A stretch of 64,000 nt of DNA. It comes from Eledone cirrhosa. Lineage: Eukaryota. The stretch spans positions 54,250,001 through 54,314,000 of the forward strand of contig OZ024740.1 of the NCBI GenBank assembly GCA_964016885.1, given 5' to 3'. Every line of letters begins with the position of its first letter. The first letter of the stretch is position 1. Of the stretch, positions 26,501 through 40,531 are shown in pieces. Made by a program: the position numbers and the translations under genes. Under the pieces are notes generated by a model. The model was not told where the DNA came from and made no database searches. It was given only the letters and a program-made list of their open reading frames with translations.

Positions 26501-26686
26501 GTGGATTGGCAGTATCGGTAGAGTGTTGCAGGCCATGCTTTGCAGCATAGTTACCTCCCTTTATGGTCTGAGTTCAAATCCCGTCGAGGTTAACTTTGCC
26601 TTTCATCCTTACGGGGTCGATAAAATAAAGTACCAGTAATGCACTAGGTATTTGCTGGTCTTGTGCCAAAAGTAAACACAATTATG
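26501..26686 (+). mobile_element. SINE type 1 copy
   Basis: Matches 5819-6040. Confidence 0.85.
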
Positions 26687-27060
26687 ATATTCAATATTAG
26701 GATTAACAAAAGTGAAGTAAATAGAGACAAATAACCTCAAGAGAAAAAGCAGGGTAGAAATTTGTATAATCGTTAATAACAAATAGGGATATAAATGAAA
26801 ATCAGTTTTATTAGAGATGACATATCAACAGGTGTTAAAACCAAGAGTAACTTTAGTATCTTGAAGCTTAAAAATATAGATGATATTGGTTGATAGATTA
26901 ATTTGAAGATTAAACAAATATAGCGAACATAAGTGCATTTCTCCGGGATCTCTTCTCTCGTCTTCTGTTTCACCCCAACTTCTCCTTCATATAATCCCTA
27001 TCCCCCCAAATTCCCCCCTCTCTCTCTTTCTCTCTCTATCTCTATCTCTCTCTGTCTCTT

Positions 27061-27109
<49 letters not shown>

Positions 27110-27151
27110 ATATATATATATGTGTGTGTATATATATACATATATATATGC

Positions 27152-27195
<44 letters not shown>

Positions 27196-27208
27196 TGATA
27201 TATGTATG

Positions 27209-27244
<36 letters not shown>

Positions 27245-28026
27245 TGTGTGAATTTCCTCTCCATGTACGTATAAATATGATTATATATGTAAATAAAAAT
27301 ACACGAATATAAATATAAATTGTTTCTTTTGTGGGTTTTTGTTTTAAATATTACTAAATATGAAAATCTATATATTAATTAATGTTTCTGTTTCTGTGAT
27401 TACCGCAACAATTTGCAAAATATTTTTCTTTATCTTACTCTTTGAATGATTTGGATACATTTCAATATATGGTATAATAATATTATTGCAATGTTATTTC
27501 CGTGTATTGATACACAAAGCTGCAATTAAGACAAAATATTTGTAATTGTTCATTTGTATACAAATATAGCGGGTAAAAACATCCGCTCACTTCCATAACT
27601 TTCCTATTTCTCAATAGTTTATAAAATAGCTGGAACTACTTTTTTCTCTCTCCTTGTATAAGTTTTATAGCCTGTAACCCTAGAAAGCAAGTTATTCAGC
27701 AGTTCTTTATAATAAGCAGTATTCACCATATTCGAAAAAGTTGTTTTGTGAGAATTATTATATTACATTGTTCGTAGAGCTGAAGGGTTTGAAAAATCTT
27801 TGGATAATGTCTATTCAATGAAAAGAATGGATAATTGGAGTTAAACACAATATTTATTATAAAAAATATAAATAATTGTACATGAATATAACAACAAATA
27901 GGCAAGTGGCAAACAACTAGTAATGTTTTTGATATCGTACGAATGTTTGTTTCATTTACTTCTTTGGATAATTTCCCCCCATACTACTACTACTACTACT
28001 ACTACTATTACTACTACTACTACTAG

Positions 28027-28190
28027 TACTACTACTACTAATAATAATTTTGGTACAAGACCGGGAAATTGAAAGGTAGGGGAAAGTCGATTAAATAGAC
28101 CACGGTGTGTCAGTGCTGCTTTATGTTATCAGCCAAATGCATGAAAAGCAAAGCTAACCTCCGTGCAATTTGAACTCAGAATATAAAGAT
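28027..28190 (-). mobile_element. SINE type 1 copy, degenerate, with adjacent (TAC)n
   Basis: atgaaaagcaaagctaacctc..atttgaactcaga is the reverse complement of the core. Confidence 0.6.
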
Positions 28191-28862
28191 CAAATAACAT
28201 ATAGCCCATAAACTATACAAGATAAGTGGAATATACACACACACACGAACAAACTTATATAGGAATATAGACACCCACAGGCGTGCATCTATCTATCTAT
28301 CTATGGATACATGTTGTGCCCCTGTGGCTAATAAAGAAACATATATATCTATGGATACATGTGTTAAACTTGCTCGGTAAGTTTTGTTTAAATTTCTTTA
28401 GAAATTCGTCATTTTATTTTTATACCAATTTGTAGAGGGACTGACAGGTCAAATTTTGATCTGGTCAGTCTCCCAAAATATCGTGCCCCTCAGGGCAAAA
28501 ACATCCAACATATTTTCGAAAATATTTTTGCAAAACACTTCAATTTTAAAAAAAATGGCCGAAGCAAAGGGACCTACTTCTTTGTCAATACAAGAAGATG
28601 GGAAGGGAAAGCCATGCCTACTTGACCAGCAGGTAGTAGCAGACATGGACAAAGGAATGCCAACATTACCGCCTCAACATTTAAAAGAGGAACAAGCTTC
28701 AGCTGCTTGTAAACAACAGAAAACGCCTGACGATATCGCACAATGTTTCATGTTACCTATATAATAACTGTGTTTTACATGCTTTACCAATAATCTATCA
28801 TCGCTACAATCTTCACAGTTTGTTTTCATTTGGTACGGGATCTTCGTTTGTTCTGCTCACAT

Positions 28863-29048
28863 TATTGGCAGTATTGGTAGAGCGTCGGACAAAATGCTTT
28901 GTAGCATGGAGTTATGGCCCTTTACATTCTGAGTTCAAATCCTGCCAAGGTTAACTTTGCATTTCATCCTTACGAGGTGGATAAAATAGAATACCAGTAA
29001 TGCACTGGAATAATTGCTGGCCTTGTGTCAAAAGTAGAAACAATTATA
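28863..29048 (+). mobile_element. SINE type 1 copy
   Basis: Matches 5819-6040. Confidence 0.85.
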
Positions 29049-31659
29049 TCTATTTTAGGTACTTATAAACCAGAATATTGTTAGTTACTGCTGCTGGTTA
29101 ATCGTAAAATTCAGCTGAACTGAAATTGCGATCGAATATTAGTTCCTCCAATTACGATACAATACGATATAATAATGTATGGGTTACAACGATGAAACTA
29201 GACGCGTGCCTAGAAATGAGGAATTGTTATTTGTTTGTGTTCTACAACAAATCAGAATCCAAATTGTAATGGCAATTTAATTTGAATTTTTGTCGGTTGA
29301 TCTTGCTGTTCCTTATTTCCCAATGAAGTAGGTGTACGATCATAGTGATCCAGCCTTGATCATGCTGCCTATCTTATTTCCGACAATCTATTCAGAACTA
29401 CTTTACCAAATGTGCTCTTCCAATTATTATAGATATCGTAATTGAACTTTGTGTGGAATGTGACTGCTATGTCTAGCCATTTGAGTGACTCAGTTGATGC
29501 TTCTCGTTTGGATATCGGCTATTTTTTATCAGAAAAGAGGTTGCGTTTACATCGAAATAATACATAATTGTTTTGAATGATGTGAATAGACGATTGGGGA
29601 AACATAATTAATTTATTTACTGTGATTATTAATTGCGAACTATTGATGAAACTATTTCTGATTATCGTGTATCGAAATAAATTAATGCGTTCTAGAGTTT
29701 GAATTGATTCAATTTTTAAAACTATTCAATAAATGTAGTTGTACTGTTACAATAAGTAAACGAAAGACACTTTTCACTATGTAATAAGTCAGAAGGAAAA
29801 TACTCGGCTTTTTAATCATGTAGAAACATTAAAGTTGTTTGTAAATGTTAACTACAATAATTAACAAGAATAATTTATTAGGGAGGGGACGAAAAGAAAT
29901 ATATGTTGATGCAGTTATATTTAGCTTAAAAGACATCAGTTCTGAGCTATGTTGATAAGTAATAGTTTAACTATAGCTCTATCAATGCATTCGTCCAAGT
30001 AGATATACGGAAGAGATATTAAGGAAGAGAAATTAAGAGCAAATATTTGCATTTCTTTTTCTTGCTCTGCCCTAATTGTGTAGTTAAGAAACTATCTTCG
30101 AAGATACATGGTTTGTATTCGATCACACTTCGTTTCACCTAGAGTAAGTGCTTTTTTTCTTACATTCAGGAATGACTAAAGTCTTGCGTGAGAGAAAAAA
30201 GGCTGAAGCCCAGTTTAATACAACTACCTGCCAAATACGTGCCCTTAGTAAAGTCGTCTTTGCTGGAAGTATTCTGGTATTCTCCACATTCCATCAGAAG
30301 CCCTGGCAAGTGTAATAGGCGCTGCCACTCGTTTATGACTTAACAAAAAATATATATATGTGCATAAACACAAAATCACTGATATTAACAGGATAGTTTG
30401 TTTTTAATTTTCAAACATTGTATAACATTACACCATTTCTGTATCCCACCTTCGTTAAACACGTACAAATATATTTTAGCCGTGATAAAATCATTGATAT
30501 CAACTGTTCACCTCAGTATTTACGCCCTTTAGGGAGGTGCTCAGGAGCGACTGTTTCGTGGATGAGTTCACCTCAAGAGTAGTGCAGTGTCTTATCAAAC
30601 CTACACCCATATTGCGATATGACACTTTGAGAATAAGTTATTTGAAAGAAATTGTAATTACTGATAGACTGACTTACGGACAGTCGTGTTTGAAAATCCA
30701 ATTTAAGGCTGGAGAAATCTAAGCCTGAAGGCAAAGACGATTATGTGAATAATTATTCTGCAGCCATATTTGAATCTAAATTCTATACAAAAAAGGTTGT
30801 TTGATAGCTTATATTCCTCTGTATATTTAGTAAGTATTCACAAGATATTGGCACACTTTATCATATAAAAATCGTTCTAGTTCTTACCTTTAGAATTTAC
30901 AGTGCCATAGTTACTGATAAGATAACGATATGGAATTAAATTGATTTCTAGTGACATATTGAGGTATTTCTTTATATCTTAAATTGCAATCATTTATGTT
31001 TGATCAGACTCATGAATAGACATTCCATCCATGAACATAATACCTTTAATTTGGAAATAGTGTTAAGTAGGATTACATTATTAATATATCCTTTTTAAAG
31101 ATGGTATGGTGTAATCAAAAACAATTTAGCTAATATCTGTAACAGGTTCATCGACTTCTTGCAATTGACTCGAGTGGGATATATATTTATGTACATGTGT
31201 ATGTCTGTGATAAATTACATGGCATAAGAAGCAGTAACTTTCTTAAATACAAATATGCATTATTTCAAACGAAAAATTATTTGATATTCTGCTACATTGA
31301 GATATTTACAAATACAACCCATTTAGGTAGCTGAACATGTACCTATCTTAAAGTGTTGAGTGACAACACTGACCCTAGAATAAACACAGAATAAGAAAAA
31401 CATTACCTATTGTAAAGTATCTTATCAAGTCTATGATTTCCGGTGCCAACTAACCGTCATTGACTTGTACTTGCAATTGTTTATTGCTTACAAAATATAT
31501 ATATATGTATATAATACTATAATACAGCCCCTTTACACACACTCGTATATATATATATAACACAGTGAGAAGGAGATATAGATACTTACTGCAATATTTA
31601 ACTTGAACTTCTTTTATTTATCGACCCCGGAAAGATAAACTGTAACTGGTTTGAAGTAA

Positions 31660-32003
31660 CTTCCTATTCTATAAAGGATAAAGACACCCCTCGGTCTCGA
31701 ATCACCAAAGGATTTCCACCTAGAAAGTTCCTCTCCGAGGCGCAAGTCCGTGCAAAGTTGTTTGCGGAAGACCAGCAGTCACCCATGAATACCAATCTAC
31801 CATCTCTACGCCATCGATGTTTTCCAAGGAAATGGCAAAGCCGATATATCTTGGCACCAGTGACATCGAAAGTCATTTATACACCTAAGTGAACTAGAGC
31901 AACATGAAATAAAGTGTCTTTCTCAAGAATACAATGCAAAGCCCTGTCCAAAAATGGAACTCACAACCTCCGATGCTCTAACCACTAAGCCATGCACCTT
32001 CAC
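31660..32003 (-). mobile_element. SINE type 2 copy
   Basis: Reverse-complement head ctctaaccactaagccatgcac; similar to 2766-2885. Confidence 0.7.
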
Positions 32004-33529
32004 ACGCTGTTATAGCATCTGCGAAAAACTTGGTTTGTACAATATTGCATTTCGTTTTGTCTTAAATATGACGCACTAATCCTACAGAAAAAAATCATTA
32101 TTATCATCAATAATTATTTAACTTTGTGAATCATTTGTATTGCAACTTGCCGTTAAAGATTATCTTTAGTTTCTTACGATTCTACACTATCAGCCTATCA
32201 TTGTTGCTTTTGAAAACCAGTTTCCGATGCTATTTGTTGGTATATCCCTTAGCTTACTCATAATGTTTCCCGTCTGCGACCTTGAATTCAGCCCAAAGAA
32301 AATCAATATAATTTTCAGAACAACTCGGTTTTTGGTTCTGAATTGCAACCCTTCCACTTCAATTACAATGATAAATCATTTCTTTTGTATATTTAATTTG
32401 TGCCTAGCTATTAAATCGATATTTAGTTTTAAGAAGCACACATATTTCTCCAAAGATTTCTAGTATAATAATTAATTTTTACATATAAATGATACCATTA
32501 TACTTAAATCTGTCTTAAAGGCGACAAAAGCTAATTCTGTCATTGCAAACGGAGTTCATACAATAGATGAAATTTCTTTTACATGTCATGCTTTTCCTTT
32601 AGCTTAGATATTCATGTAAATTAAAGCGTCTGAAGATTACATTACACCTGAGATGAACTAACAATAATATCATGACTTTAATATATAGTTCAAAGCCTTG
32701 AAATAGAGAATTATTTTCTTTGTGAACATGATTCAATGGAAAATATTATCAGTAATATTGAGAAAATGTTATCAAATTCGAAGAAAATGAGAAAAATGTA
32801 ATATTTGAAAAAGTTAAACTTTTATAATTGAGTATATTCAATTATATTCTCCCGCTTGTTAAATTTTCAAAAATGACTAATTTTTTATTGTCTTAAAAGA
32901 ATCATAACTTGTTAAGAATTTAGTCATAGTTTATATTCTGAGATATTTAATTTAGATAGAACAAGGTGAACATAATAAATTCTATTAACCTCAAGCAATG
33001 AAAACTTACATGGAAATACTTTGCATATTGTAAGAAACCTTATTTCATCTTAGCATTGATATAAAAATGATATTGTAATGTATTACTTTATACTATATAC
33101 TGTTTAGCAAGATGGTGGCGATGAAACTGTTTAATTACTGTGGCTGTCTATGCGCATATAAGGCGGTCCGTGTTCTCAGCAGTAGAAGTTTTGTACGTAG
33201 AGGATTAAAGTTACATACACTTATTTTTATATCACATTGCTCATTGATCAGCTAAATATACATTGTTAATTTCTTATAGCCGTGAACTAAACACTGGTGA
33301 AACTCGCGCATTTTAGCAGTTGTAAACTTGATCATTTGTGTTTGTGACTCCAAATACTTCGTATCGTTTGTGGTCCTTGGAGTTGCATAGGGAGGTTTAA
33401 TTAGAAAACGTACTATGAGAAGATAATTACCTTGATAGTACGTATCCCCAGATAATCCACAAAATCAATCTTCATAGAAGGAATCAAAACAATGCTCATT
33501 TTGGGGAAAAGTCGTTTAAATCGAACCTA

Positions 33530-33650
33530 GTGCATAAATGGTGCTTTTTTTATCGACCCCGTAAGGATGAAAGGCAACGTTGACCTTGGTGGGACTTCAA
33601 ATCAGAAAGAAAAGGAATATCAGTTTAATCCAGCACTCTACTGCTTCTGT
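33530..33650 (-). mobile_element. SINE type 1 partial copy
   Basis: ttttatcgaccccgtaaggatgaaaggcaa. Confidence 0.75.
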
Positions 33651-34944
33651 AATACAAGTAGTTGTCCTTGCTTAGTCCTAGTTTAGTCTTGATTAAAAGT
33701 TGTTTATTATGACCAACCAGACATTATTTTCAGACTTTCCATTATCCTCCGCCTTCATGATTTTAAGAAGTTAAATGTGATTAATATATCATTTGAAGAA
33801 AATGAGGATCATGTTTCATAACTGGGTGAAACTCAGTGGATAAATAACTTATATTAGGAAGTTGGATGACAGTATCATAGTAGTGGAGAAGTTTTGGTGT
33901 GATTGAAGTCATTTGAAGGAAATTTGTATATTATCTTTAACAATAGTCACAGTTTTCTTACAACATTTTTGCATATTAGATCATTGTTACTAAATGAACC
34001 TGAAATATTCGATCCTTTCTAGTCATCAAGGTTGTTTATTTTCCTTCGCTTTTTCTTTCTGAAAATTATTTTGGGTTTCAGCTTTCACTAGGAAAATATG
34101 CAAAAGAAACAAAATCTGTTGATGAGTCTAAAATATCATTTCTCTGGTTGCCCATTAGAAGACAATTTGCTTTGTTTATAATTATCTGAGAAATATTAAG
34201 GAACACAAAGTCACTCAAGTGATGTTACAGAAATGTAAATTGGTTAGTCATTCGACTATTGCCAGTGGATATAACCAATGTAAAAACAAAAATTAAAAAA
34301 AGAACAACTAATAAAAAAAAAAGCATTTTTTTTTTTTAGGCTCACTAATATCATCTGCTTAGGGGCAATTGTTAAAACTTTCTGATCCATTTCTAGGCTT
34401 TTCTGTCAGCTAGTGTCAAATATTCCTGATTTAAGTTTCTTCAAATTTGTCACCCGCCTTCCATGGCTCCCGGTGCGATGCTATCTTGATTTCCGACAGA
34501 TCTCTGTTTCTATTGTAGTTTTGTTTGTTTGTTTATGATATGCTGAAACCAAGTGCGTATTTCTAGCATCCTATATTGAATGGCAAAACAAGCGAAATTA
34601 TAATATAAAGAAAATATTTCATTCTTATACTATTTAGATTTCCTGAAAACCACGCTTTAAAAGAACTGATTTACCAAATTAAAATTTGTTTTAAAAGGCA
34701 AACGTGGGTTGATTTTTCCTTCTTATATTGTTTGCTTTCTATTTCTCCTGTTTATCATATTTAGATTGTAAAAATTGTTAATATTTAGCTTATGTTTATT
34801 TCTATTTCTAGAATGTTCAAATGTCTAGAGTTTTGTTAGGACTTCCAGTTTAAGTGTTGTTTTTATTTACACAAAATGTATACAAAGCAATGACGAAAGG
34901 AAGAATAGAAGAAACGGAAAAGAAATAAAATGAAATGATAAATA

Positions 34945-35300
34945 TGTTTTATTAATACAAATTTTAAAAAATCGCAAACAAATCTATTTCAAATAACAAC
35001 AACATTACAGATATTTAAAAAACGAAAAATTAAGGCAAGGGCAAGAGCTCTAGGGTAACAGAAAAATGGGAGGGAAAAGAAGGAGGGTGATGGGCTCTAG
35101 GCCTGGTGCGCGGTAGTGTTGGGGTTGTTCCCCACGGAAAAGACTGTAAAGGCATTTCCGCCAACAATGGCCAGCGACACTCGCTGAAACAGCCACCCCA
35201 ACTCGTAGGGCACCTTCCTCAGACGGGTTGCTGACGTTCCGATCTTCCGGAGGAGCTCAGCAGTACGGGATCCAAGTAGGCCAGAGGTCTCGTCAGTGCG
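34945..35300 (-). mobile_element. CRE-like (RLE) non-LTR retrotransposon 3' end
   Basis: ETSGLLGS..LFQRVSLAIVGGNAFTV C-terminal motif followed by a T-rich 3' UTR and aataaa. Confidence 0.7.
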
Positions 35301-35599
35301 AAGGAGAAGCGGCCGGGTAATCCTCGCATTTGTTGATCTTCCTTTAATTATTATGCTCGCGACCATTTTTAAGACGCGTGAAAAGTAATATTCGTCACGG
35401 GAATGAAGGACTGGCAATGTCTTGTTTGAATATAGCAGTCACTCATGCATGTAATTTTCTCCTTTCTACGCTACCGATGATGGACAGAAAAATATACAAT
35501 ATTCATCATGTCTGACATTCTGACGTTTCGGCGACACTCCATCCCAAATTAGTACTTTATTTACGTTAATGAACGTCAATGGGTTGTAAGTATTCAATA

Positions 35600-36200
35600 A
35601 TTCACGAGGACTCTGCTTTTTGGCCAGCCCAAAAACTCTTAGGTAAAAAGACTGTGGCATAAGCCCTCTCTTCCGATGGATGACTGCCAACGCTATCTAC
35701 AGATCTGTTGCCTCTGAGCTTTGCCATCTGTCCGAACAGTATGTCCAGATTTTCAGGCCTGCAAAAATTATTAGGAGAGTGAATCTGATCAACACACACC
35801 GGACCCACTTCCTTTTGAGGTCCTGCTTCACCAAGCCGAAACTTCTATATACCTTCCACAGTGTCCCCCGCTACAGCCGAACGTATTTCACCGCCTGTAT
35901 CCGACAAGGTACAGAGGCGATATTTAACGTTTGTTCGAAGATATCAGATAGAAACAAGCCATCGTATCCGGTAAATACTGTCCCTTCGATCTCCGGACTC
36001 CGGTGGAAATTGGTTTGTCGTGTCCGTATCATTAAGGTTTTCCAGAGTACAACAAATGCTAGTGAAATAGAGGAATGCGTAGTAGCTTAACCTACCTGGA
36101 ACTACCTCGACTTTCGATCTCGGTAGATGTCTAGTTCCCCCCAAACAATGTGATCACTCCCAGTGTAACTAGGCCTCAAAAGCCTTGTACACAGTTAGAC
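35600..36200 (+). mobile_element. CRE-like RT-thumb fragment, degenerate
   Basis: HFLLRSCFTKPKLLYTF..P resembles the CRE LLR.C...PKL.Y.LR..P motif. Confidence 0.5.
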
Positions 36201-36315
36201 AGCGTTCAATGATATCACGACGAGGTTACTGCATACCAGAGAAAGGTCCTCGCACAGGCCAGCTTCTTATCGTTGGGGAAGTAATGTTTGAGCTCGCATT
36301 TGGATATAAAGCAAC

Positions 36316-36397
36316 TGTGACAACACAGTCGTTCTGTTTGCACTCTTCAACAGGAATCAAAATAATTACGTTATAATATATATTTATGCTACTACTT

Positions 36398-36456
<59 letters not shown>

Positions 36457-36511
36457 GTTGCTGCTACTGCTGCTGCTACTACTACTACTACTGCTACTGC
36501 TGTACTACTAT

Positions 36512-36567
<56 letters not shown>

Positions 36568-37028
36568 GTACTACTACTACTACTCCTGCTGCTGCTGTTA
36601 CTACTACTACTACTGCTACTATTGCTGCTGCTGCTGCTGCTACTACTACTACTGCTGCTGCTGCTGCTACTACTACTGCTGCTGCTGCTACTACTACTGC
36701 TACTGCTGCTGCTACTGCTACTACTACTGCTATTATTGCTGCTACTAGTACTACTACTACTATTGCTGCTGCTGCTGTGACAACACGGTCGTTCTGTTTG
36801 CACTCTTCAACAGGAATCAAAATAATTACGTTATAATATATATTATACTACTACTATTACTACTACTACTACTACTGCTACTGCTGCTACTACTGCTGCT
36901 GCTGCTGCTACTACCACTACTGCTGCTGCCGCTGCTGCTACTACTACTACTATTGCTGCTACTACTACTATTGCTGCTGCTGCTGCTGCTACTGCTACTA
37001 CTACTACTACTATTGCTGCTGCTACTGT

Positions 37029-37078
<50 letters not shown>

Positions 37079-37130
37079 CTCCTACTACTACTACTGTTGC
37101 TGCTGCTGCTGCTGCTCTACTACTACTACC
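36316..37130. repeat. Tandem duplication of a unique segment of about 70 bp, each followed by a compound (CTA/CTG)n microsatellite
   Basis: tgtgacaacac.gtcgttctgtttgcactcttcaacaggaatcaaaataattacg occurs at about 36316 and 36776. Confidence 0.9.
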
Positions 37131-38194
37131 ACACACAGATGTAAATATATACACACACACCCATCCACATATATATATATGATAAATTATTCGCGGTGAA
37201 AAGATTCTATAGACAATGAGGCGACGCAATGGGGTAAAAGAAATATAACTACATATTCAATATTACAAAACAATTTTTTTAAGATGTCAGAGTTTAAAAC
37301 TAACGTCAAAACGTTACACTTCCCTCTGGCAATTAATGAAGAAGAAATATATTTACGAAGGCTTTACCTTCATGCCGCTGAGAAAATTATCCCAACTCTT
37401 TTTGGATTTGTTTTTCAACTTTCAAGTCGAAGAAATATGAAATACTTTCGTTATGTTTTAGGAAATTGCTTGATTTGTACTCCATGACATTTGATGCCGT
37501 CACGCATCATCATTGCCTCAGAATGTATTCAGAGAAATGTTGCCAAAGGAGAAGAAAAATGACTCCTTTTCCTAATACATGAATGTATCTATAAAGATTG
37601 AATAAGTGATCAAAATAGCAAAACAAAAATAAAGAGAAACTCTTAGTTGAAAATATATAGGAAAACTTTGACAATATTTGTTTATTTATATTTCTATCTT
37701 TAGATTGTATATTAGTATAAATAAATATCTTAAAGTAATGGAATGATCAAGTAACTTATTTCTTGGATCAAGAAATATATCTATATGATTTTCTTGGCAT
37801 TGAACTTCACACATCCATACGTGCACATAGACAAACAAACAAAACCACCGACACACATATATGAATATATACTAGCTTTTTATGGTCAAAGAAATGTATC
37901 TATGTGACCAAGCTGGAAGCAAGGTAAAAAAGCTACATTCCCTCAAATTAATTAGAAGTATTTTCAACAAGTAGGGACACAATCTAAGTTGTGTCGAGTC
38001 CAAGAGTCAAACAAGCAGTGTAGGATCTTTCTATCCTTCGCACTTTCATTCTCTCTTAATTGTTTCTGTTTCTCTCTCATTTTTGCTCTCTTTCTCTCTT
38101 TCTTACACTCTTCCCTTTCTCTCTTATGTCCAAAACGTTGAAACCTCCTCTACATCCACGTGAGTTTGCCAGCCTCAATTTAAGAATAAATCAG

Positions 38195-38862
38195 GAATCT
38201 GGTCCCTTACGATTTGAACACACATATTTATATGTCTGTGTTCGTTTTTCTTTTATATTCAGTTATAATATACGGCTCAGAAAATTCTCTTTCCTAGAGC
38301 TATTTTATTGTAAGAGACTATTTTGAGTTTCTAACTGAATATATACCTTTGATATATTAGGCTCCGTTAATTTGTTGGGCTAATTCAAATGTCGAGTAAA
38401 CCTGGCTGCTATTTTTAGTGGTGTGAGTTTGTGAGACACGCTAAGTTCAGATACCATGTGCGTTATTATATATACGCATACTATTCAGTTTTTTAATATA
38501 CTTAAAAGTGACGAGGATACTAATAATTCTTCATCCGCTGATGAGAAAGAATTTAGTATTGCTCCTCATAATTAATTTTGCGAAACAGCATTATAAAAGC
38601 TATCCGGGTGATTGGTAGTTACCACAATTCCGGTTTGTTGATTTATTCTTAAATTGAGTCTGGCAAACCCTATTGTCTATAGTTAGTATTCTTTTCACCT
38701 TAGCGAATCTGGTCACTTACGATTTGAACACATATATGTCTGTGTTCGTTTTTCTTTCATATTCAGTTATAATATACGGCTCGGAAAAAATCTCTTTCCT
38801 AGAGCTATTTTATTGTAAGAGACTATTTATAGTTTCTAACTCAATATATACCTTTGATATAT
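38195..38862 (+). mobile_element. ORF-less HHR element with terminal direct repeat (510 bp period)
   Basis: 38195-38357 is repeated at 38705-38862 and ends in (TA)n. Confidence 0.8.
38532..38610 (+). ncRNA. Type I hammerhead ribozyme, partly decayed
   Basis: catccg-CTGATGA-(weak stem II)-GAAA-cagc..gcta-TC-cgggtg. Confidence 0.7.
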
Positions 38863-38882
38863 ATATATATATATAAATATAT

Positions 38883-39337
38883 ATGAAAAACATGAGAAGA
38901 AAGAAGGATACTGCGTGGTTGCACATAGGTTACGTATGATAAAAATAGTCCTTCGTCAGTGATTTTCCAACCATCATTGGTATTTCATCGCATTAAAAAT
39001 CATATACCTCATGTTGGTGCGAACAATAAGCAAAAAAAGTTATTGAGACCAGTAAATCGCATAAAGCGAGGGGGACAAGTGAACAACATAGAAGGATAAA
39101 AGAAAACCAAAGAAAGGAAATACACAAGCAACATGGTAGTCCTGGTCAGCATAAGCTGGGCTGGATTTCCTGAGCGAAAGATACAGACACGTCCAGCGTG
39201 AGTGGGATCTAAGCATGAAGAGACCCACTGTCAGCCAAACGGGAGGAAGTGAGAAGGGGAGAAACAGAGAGTGAGTGAGTGGAAGTGCGAGGAAGCGGTC
39301 AGTCGAGAGAAAGTGTAACTGACAGAGGGGTCGAAAG

Positions 39338-39340
<3 letters not shown>
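38883..39340. mobile_element. Diverged partial copy of the element at 10691-11378
   Basis: Same left end atatgaaaaaca and colinear similarity. Confidence 0.8.
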
Positions 39341-39387
<47 letters not shown>

Positions 39388-39389
<2 letters not shown>

Positions 39390-39555
39390 CGAAGGAAATG
39401 TGGTAAGGAACCAGGTGGACCATAACGCACCAAAGTACTCAATACTTAGAGTAGTACTGTGGGTAATAGGAAGAAGTAAGACCCCGACGGCTGAGCTCAA
39501 GTCGTTAGCCGTCGAAACGGCTTGAGCTCAGCCGTCGGGGTCTTACTTGTTCGTA
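39388..39555 (-). mobile_element. Family A micro-insertion
   Basis: Reverse complement of 10459-10650 with an inverted arm. Confidence 0.87.
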
Positions 39556-39603
39556 TATATATATATATATATATAGATATATATATATATATGTATATAT
39601 ATA

Positions 39604-39785
39604 TATTTATTAAAATAACAGATTAAAGTTTAAGCAAAGAATCGCTGCTTTCACCCTTAACGGGATCTTCTAAACTTTAATCTGTTATTTTAATTAATAT
39701 TTGCTCTACGGTTCTTATATATTTGATATATATTTTCCTTATCGAGCCCTCTTTGGATTTTAGTCTTCAATTTTATTATTATTAC

Positions 39786-39790
<5 letters not shown>
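39604..39790 (+). mobile_element. Family B micro-insertion with inverted arm
   Basis: ttaaaataacagattaaagttta is inverted as taaactttaatctgttattttaa, followed by the tail. Confidence 0.8.
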
Positions 39791-39826
<36 letters not shown>

Positions 39827-39828
<2 letters not shown>

Positions 39829-40330
39829 TTATGCTTTGGGAGGGTCATGTTGCCAATGCTTTCACTCCAATTTATTATAAATTAAATTTATAACTTTAAG
39901 AATTTATAAATTTTCGGTTGGTCGGTTGGTTCCATAACCGGACGGTTGTTCATAAATTGTCAAAGTTCTTTCGTCACACATTATGTGACCTCTTCAGTGA
40001 CTGGGGATTCTTTTCTTTGTTTGTGCTTCTCTTTGTTCTGTCCTATGCTATCTTGTGTTTGTGCGTGTCGTGTGCTTAGTTTGCCATGTGTTACATCCGG
40101 GTGTCAGGTGTGTGTTTTTATTTGTTTATTTATTTGTTTATTTACATGTTACTGGTTGGTTGTTTGTTCTATGTGTGTATGTGTTTTCATTTTGTCCTTA
40201 ATTGTAAGTTGTGATGTTGCTATTCCATACATGTTTTCTATTTAATTTTGGTTGGAGTTCATTTATGTTTATTGCCTCAGTAATTTTTCTAAACATTGTG
40301 TCTTTTCTGTGTGTAGATTCTATTTTTATG
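39827..40330 (-). mobile_element. PLE 3' end (GIY-YIG C-terminus and pseudo-LTR)
   Basis: [19 protein letters not shown] (R.I.EA..I....P.LN motif) followed by an HHR. Confidence 0.78.
39959..40001 (-). ncRNA. Minimal type I hammerhead ribozyme
   Basis: gtca-CTGAAGA-g-gtcaca(taatg)tgtgac-GAAA-gaac-TT-tgac. Confidence 0.72.
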
Positions 40331-40342
40331 TATGTATGTATG

Positions 40343-40420
<78 letters not shown>

Positions 40421-40437
40421 CATACATACATACATAT

Positions 40438-40531
<94 letters not shown>

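Noticed and set aside
28456-28764. 102-aa ORF
   Set aside because: No recognisable domain or splice context
36384-37229. Poly-Ser/Val/Leu ORFs
   Set aside because: Translations of the (CTA/CTG)n microsatellite
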